Assembly: GCA_036867785.1 (NCBI GenBank)
Contig: CP145416.1
Coordinates: 992,001-1,056,000 of the forward strand
Reading direction: 5' to 3'
Length of the DNA stretch: 64,000 bases
Source of the DNA: Plasmodiophora brassicae
Taxonomy: Eukaryota
The position numbers were made by a program, and so were the translations under genes. The notes below the pieces were generated by a model that saw only the letters and a program-made list of their open reading frames with translations, did no database searches and was not told the origin of the DNA. Shown piece after piece: positions 59,381 through 64,000 of this stretch; position 1 is the stretch's first letter; the number at the start of each line of letters is the position of its first letter.

Positions 59381-61619
59381 CTAGGTGGCGCTCGGCAGAA
59401 TCGGTGCGGTCTCGAGTTCCGCTTTCGGGTTCGGTGGGTCGATGTCGATCGCGACGGCGGCTTTCGAGAACGGTGCCGCCGGCTGGCTGGCCGTGGTCGC
59501 GGTTGACGCCGTCGACTCGGTGGACACGACGCCGGGCTGTGGCTGATCCGGAGTCCACTGGCTGGCAAGCTGCTCCCAGCGCTTGATGTTGTTGTGCAGG
59601 TTTTCCTCGGCGCCGGGAATACCGCAGACTGAGAGCCAAGCGGACCAGGCCTGTCGACGGTCGACGGTCAGGGCCCGGTGATGACGCAACGGGGATGGCT
59701 TCATACCGGCTGGACCAGGAACTGAAAGAACCCTGCCTGGTTCTTCGCGACGTTGTTGGCGGCCCGCCGATCCATGAACGGAGATATAGGGATCCCCGCC
59801 TCACGCTCCAGATCGCCTTGTCTGAAGAATTCCTGAGTGATACGGTCCTGCAACAGCCGGCAACGTGAGCCGGTGTGGGCGTGACGACTGGGGCACACAG
59901 ATCAAGCAACCGTGAAGCGCTTGTGGATGTTCCAGTTCTTGACACAGTGGGACACGTCGGCGCACTTCATGCACATCTGCATCATGATGAAGAAGCTCTC
60001 CTTGTGCGAGCACATGCTCTGCGCATCCATGGTCGGCTCAACGGGTCTGATGGGCCAAACGTTATCGATGCCCCCGAGTCTCCTGGTCGGTAAGCCGTGC
60101 AACGCGTTACATTGATCTGAGGCTGTTCCGCTTCGGCGTCGTGTTCGCCATCTGGGTGCGACGGAACTTCGCACAGCACTCCAGGTTGGTGCTCATGTCG
60201 GTGGCCAGGATCACTGAGATAAGCAGCTCGTCGATCTCTGCCATTTGTCCAACGTTGTCAAACGGCGCCAGCACGTCGAGACGCGCTGCGTTTTCGTACC
60301 TCGGCGCAGCGCCTGGTCCAGGTGACTGAACAGGTTCGATTCCGGACGTCGCATGAGCTTCCTGGTGAACGCGGCATGGTAATTCTCCAGCACCTGCGGG
60401 GCGCCAGCGTCATCATCATGGACAGGCGCTCCTCGAACAAGAACCGGACCGAAATGTTGTTGTAGCACAGCGCCAGTTCCGATTGGGTGGCGATGTGGAA
60501 CTGGTTCGTCTGCCCCGGATGGGCGATATCGTGGCACAGGGCGGCCACAATCATGGCGGCCACGTCCGACGGTTTGAGTTTGGAATAGAACCCGCCTGAC
60601 AGAAGCAGCGGACGTCACTGATCGCTGACGGGGCATTAACGGATAGTACTGCCCACACCATGGGTCAGCATGTACGATACGGTATGGGCCACTTCGGCGC
60701 CGTGCAGGTTGCAATGGTACGGGTTCGTGTTCGTGTACGAATCGTCAATGTTCGCCATCAACGACTCCACCTTGTCCATATCCAGCTCGAGCTTCTTGAA
60801 CAGGTCGTGCTTCAGGAACAGGCAGAAGCCAACGGCGGCCAGCGGCATCTACGCCAAGCCGTCATGGGACGAGCAACGACGCCCTGACAACGCGAGGACC
60901 CCACCTGCTCTTTGCCCTGGTCAACAAGGTTGAACACGTCAAAGTCCCAGGAATCGATGATCTGGAGGTGAGGCGACAATGGCGTCGAGTCCCGCATCGA
61001 GATGATCGAGTGCGACCTGCTCGGTCGCTTTCCCATGCCTTCCCTGGCGAGGAACTCCTCCCGGTTCGTCGTCCACGTGTCGATCATGGACGACCGGTTC
61101 GCCAGCTCGTACGACAGCCACGCCTCCGTGTCTTTGTCGGCGCTGACATCGCCACTATGGACGGCCTGCATGAGCAGCAACTTAGGCACCTTGCTTGGCA
61201 GTACGAGCATCGGGGACGTACCTGCAGGACATCCGGCAGGTGCAGAGGCAGCGGGTTCCCCAGCAGTCTCTCGACTTCCAGCAACGCGTTGACCTGGCGT
61301 CGAAGCTCGACCTGCCTTCCACAAACAGGGAAAACCGAGCACGGCAGCGAACCCTCCAAATCGTCCCTGTCGTGCACACGCCACATGGTCAGCGTCTGCA
61401 ATAGCAGGCGCGCTCGGCAGCGGTACCGTACCTGACTGAGTTGACAATTCGGATGGCCTTCTCGATCGACGATTCAATTATCTGGGACCCCTCCTTGCGC
61501 GACGTCTGACTGCGGCACAGCTGCTGGATCCATGACCAGAGGCTTGCCAGGACGGCAATCCCGAGGAAGCAGCCCGCCACGATAGCGATGACGACCAGCG
61601 TGCTGCTGCTGTCACTCAT
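59381..61619 (-). CDS. Class I 3',5'-cyclic nucleotide phosphodiesterase with N-terminal TM helix (multi-exon)
   Basis: SWDFDVF, NPYHCNLHGAEV, AALCHDIAHPGQTNQF, LENYHA, ILATDMS, KCADVSH, EFFRQGDLE..PFMDR..QAGF. Confidence 0.95.
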
Positions 61620-62036
61620 CGTTCACGATGTCACTTCTCAGCTCATGCACGAGCCCCGTTATTTACGACGACCGGCAAGGCCATATAATTCGGTCGGTCG
61701 CTGGCAGTGACGGTGAGCGCGACACCCAGTCGGAGTTGCCCATGGTATCCGTCCCGGTGGTCATGCAGGCAGCCTGTCTGCCTAGAGCCGCAGGACGATT
61801 TCTCGGCCACCGTTCAACGGAACGAACCGCCAAGGGTAGGTGACCGCACGGGCCGCTTGCCAGAGTCGATGTCGGCGGGGCGGCCATTCGGTCTGGCCAG
61901 TTCAGTGTACCCCTCTCCTCCCTTCCGTGCAGGCATCGGCCATGTGGGCCTTGGTCTGGCTACGTTGCGTTACCCAGGACAAATCTATTTCCGTCGGGGA
62001 GATATTCGCGCTGCGTTGTGTGCGGGACGGGGAACG

Positions 62037-62635
62037 ATGGACGAGGCGCAGGAAGTGGGCCGGCTGACCGGGCGCCTGGTGGGCAAAGCGGTCAACACGG
62101 TGGCCGAGCACGCCGAGAAGGAGCGATGGCCGGACAAGGTCGCGCAGCACACTGCTGCCATCGAGGCGAAATACGAGGAGAAGACCGGGCACCGGTTGCG
62201 GACGGACGCGAAGGTAAACCGGTACGGGCTCGACCCCCGTCCTACACGTGTCTAAACGCCTGACCCTTGTCGAAGATCGCATCAGTCGCTGGGGCAGCCG
62301 GCATCGGCTTGTCAGTGGCCGCGATGGCGCCCACGATCGGTGCGTTTCTCGCGCAAGAGGACGAGCCGATGCAGCGTTGTTGACCCATGTCGCACATAGC
62401 AATCGGGGCCGCTGTCGGTGCCGCCACGTACGAAGTCGCAGCGAACAGCGAGGCCGCCGCCAAAGCCAAGCAGGCGTACGAGACGAACTTGGGTCGCGAT
62501 TTCGCTAGAGACAAGGCGACGGTGAAGAGCGGCGCCAAGGCCGGCATCCAGGGCGCCAAGCAGATTGGCAAATCGTTCGTGCAGGGCTATAAGAGCGTGC
62601 GTCAACCGCAGGAGGAGCCACGTCAGCCTCAGTAA
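62037..62635 (+). CDS. Small Ala/Gly/Lys-rich hypothetical protein with central hydrophobic segment (3 exons)
   Basis: MDEAQEVGRLTG..KYEEKTGHRLRTDAK|IASVAGAAGIGLSVAAMAPTI|AIGAAVGAATY..AYETNLGRDFARDK..; GT-AG introns keep the frame. Confidence 0.65.
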
Positions 62636-62717
62636 AACCCCCGGACGAATGAGGCGATGCGTGTTTCGTCTACAGATCTGTATTGCTCGGGGAGATCTCG
62701 ACTGACGCGCTCCCGGA

Positions 62718-63530
62718 TCATATCGGTGCACCACCCTCCAGAAGGCTGCGAAGTCGTTCCTGCGGGAACGAAGGGCGCGTTGAGAGACAACCAAACGAGC
62801 GCACTGGAGACGATGCAAACACACCTGGATTGAGCTCTGAAGCTGGTCGACATCGATGGAGGCCGGCGCGTTTGCTGGTCGGTACTGTGGCAGGCTGGCC
62901 CGTTTCTCTTCAACGCTGACGGCTTCGTCGGTGTAAATCATGTACTCTTCGGCGGCGTCGGCAGTTGAAGGCGCACCAGCTCCTGATCCCCAAGCGTTGC
63001 CGTACCCAGTTGCACTGCTCGATGATGGGTATGTACCGGACGCATAATAGGTTGTCGGAGCGCCCGACAGAGTGCCGGGCACGACAGGTGCCGTGTCCCG
63101 ATCAGTGGCAGCGGCAGCCGTCGTCGCCGCCGCGACACTTGGAACGTCTGCATCCGGTTTGGGTTTCTTAGGCAGCGGCTGGCCTAACTGTTCGGCCCGT
63201 TTCAGCTCGATGGCATCCTCGGGAACGTTCTGCATACCGAAGACAGCGAGCTCCAGATCATCGCGACCCTTCTTCGCATTGGGGACCCTGAGGCGAACGA
63301 TGAGATCATAGGACATTGGGTTCCGGGTTCGCCCCGTACCCTTTCAGGGTCTCCTTGTGGACCTGGAAGACGTGGACAGTGAGCGAATGCGATGACCCGA
63401 GCTTCTTCTGACAATGCTGGCATTTCCAGTGTTTCGCCTTCTGGTGCGTGACCAGGACCATCTCGTCGTCGAAGACGCGATCGCAGTAGTAGCAGAACGG
63501 CTTCATCTTTGGTTTCGATTTGCGCCCCAT
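62718..63530 (-). CDS. ZNF207: BuGZ/ZNF207 (SUF4-like) zinc-finger protein (3 exons)
   Basis: [71 protein letters not shown]-terminal [18 protein letters not shown]. Confidence 0.93.
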
Positions 63531-63848
63531 CACGACGGTGCAGACGCGCACGCCGCACGTCCAGATCGACACTCGTCGCGTCCCGCGCAACTCCGTCGCT
63601 GGTACCGAGGCGATATTTTCCTCGCCGTGTGCACTGTGCCGGCGGCCACACTGACAAGACGACACCCATCCTCACTGACGGATGAACCTGAACGAACGAT
63701 GCCCGGCTGACTGTCACCCCAGCCAGACGTGTTTGCCCAGCTATCTTTCCCCACCGTTAAGCCCATTCCCATGCACGTGGTAGCACACGCATCCGTTTAT
63801 ACAATGATATCAGACCGCGGTTAGGCGGCACGTATATGTATAAGGCCA

Positions 63849-64000
63849 CTAGTCGCGGTGCATGTTCAGACGAGACTCTTGGCGGAGGGCGGCCCCGAAT
63901 TCGAGAGCGTCCGGGCGCTCGGTTCTTTCGGCACTGAAGCAGCGCTTGAGCATGGCCATCAGGTTGTCGCTGATCATGTGGGCCGGAGGTAGCGGTGGGA
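63849..64000 (-). CDS. 3' end of a probable protein kinase (runs off the window)
   Basis: PPLPPAHMISDNLMAMLKRCFSAERTERPDALEF resembles kinase subdomains X-XI. Stop TAG at 63849-63851. Confidence 0.55.
   Translation of the reverse strand, partial: PPLPPAHMISDNLMAMLKRCFSAERTERPDALEFGAALRQESRLNMHRD

Overview
This is gene-dense eukaryotic nuclear DNA, GC-rich, with mostly 45-65 nt spliceosomal introns and intergenic gaps often under 200 bp. It holds about 35 protein-coding genes. The style (tiny introns, a CE4 chitin deacetylase, intronless ankyrin and secreted proteins) resembles a plasmodiophorid protist such as Plasmodiophora; that is an inference only. Recognisable housekeeping genes are TRAPPC11 (partial), LSM3, a ZC3H3-like gene, a Faf1/C1orf131-like gene, MED15, ATG8, SMARCC/SWI3, METTL4, PDHB, RPB6, a NIPA transporter, MED12, PRP38A, ARP4, RING1, a cyclic nucleotide PDE and ZNF207. 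The most unusual items are: (1) a 257-bp-arm fold-back inverted repeat built from a Helitron Rep-helicase fragment (30158-30828), a candidate hairpin-RNA silencer; (2) a secreted intronless protein with NLS, RVxF motif and FHA-like domain; (3) a secreted caspase-fold + MORN protein whose catalytic Cys depends on splice choice; (4) an intronless phage/bacterial-like gene behind a 13-bp tandem array; (5) a neurobeachin-like solenoid fused to LIM domains; (6) two degenerate enzymes (PP2C, PIN) with probable mitochondrial presequences. All family calls come from motif recognition by eye, with no database search. Spliced gene spans are hand-built models.
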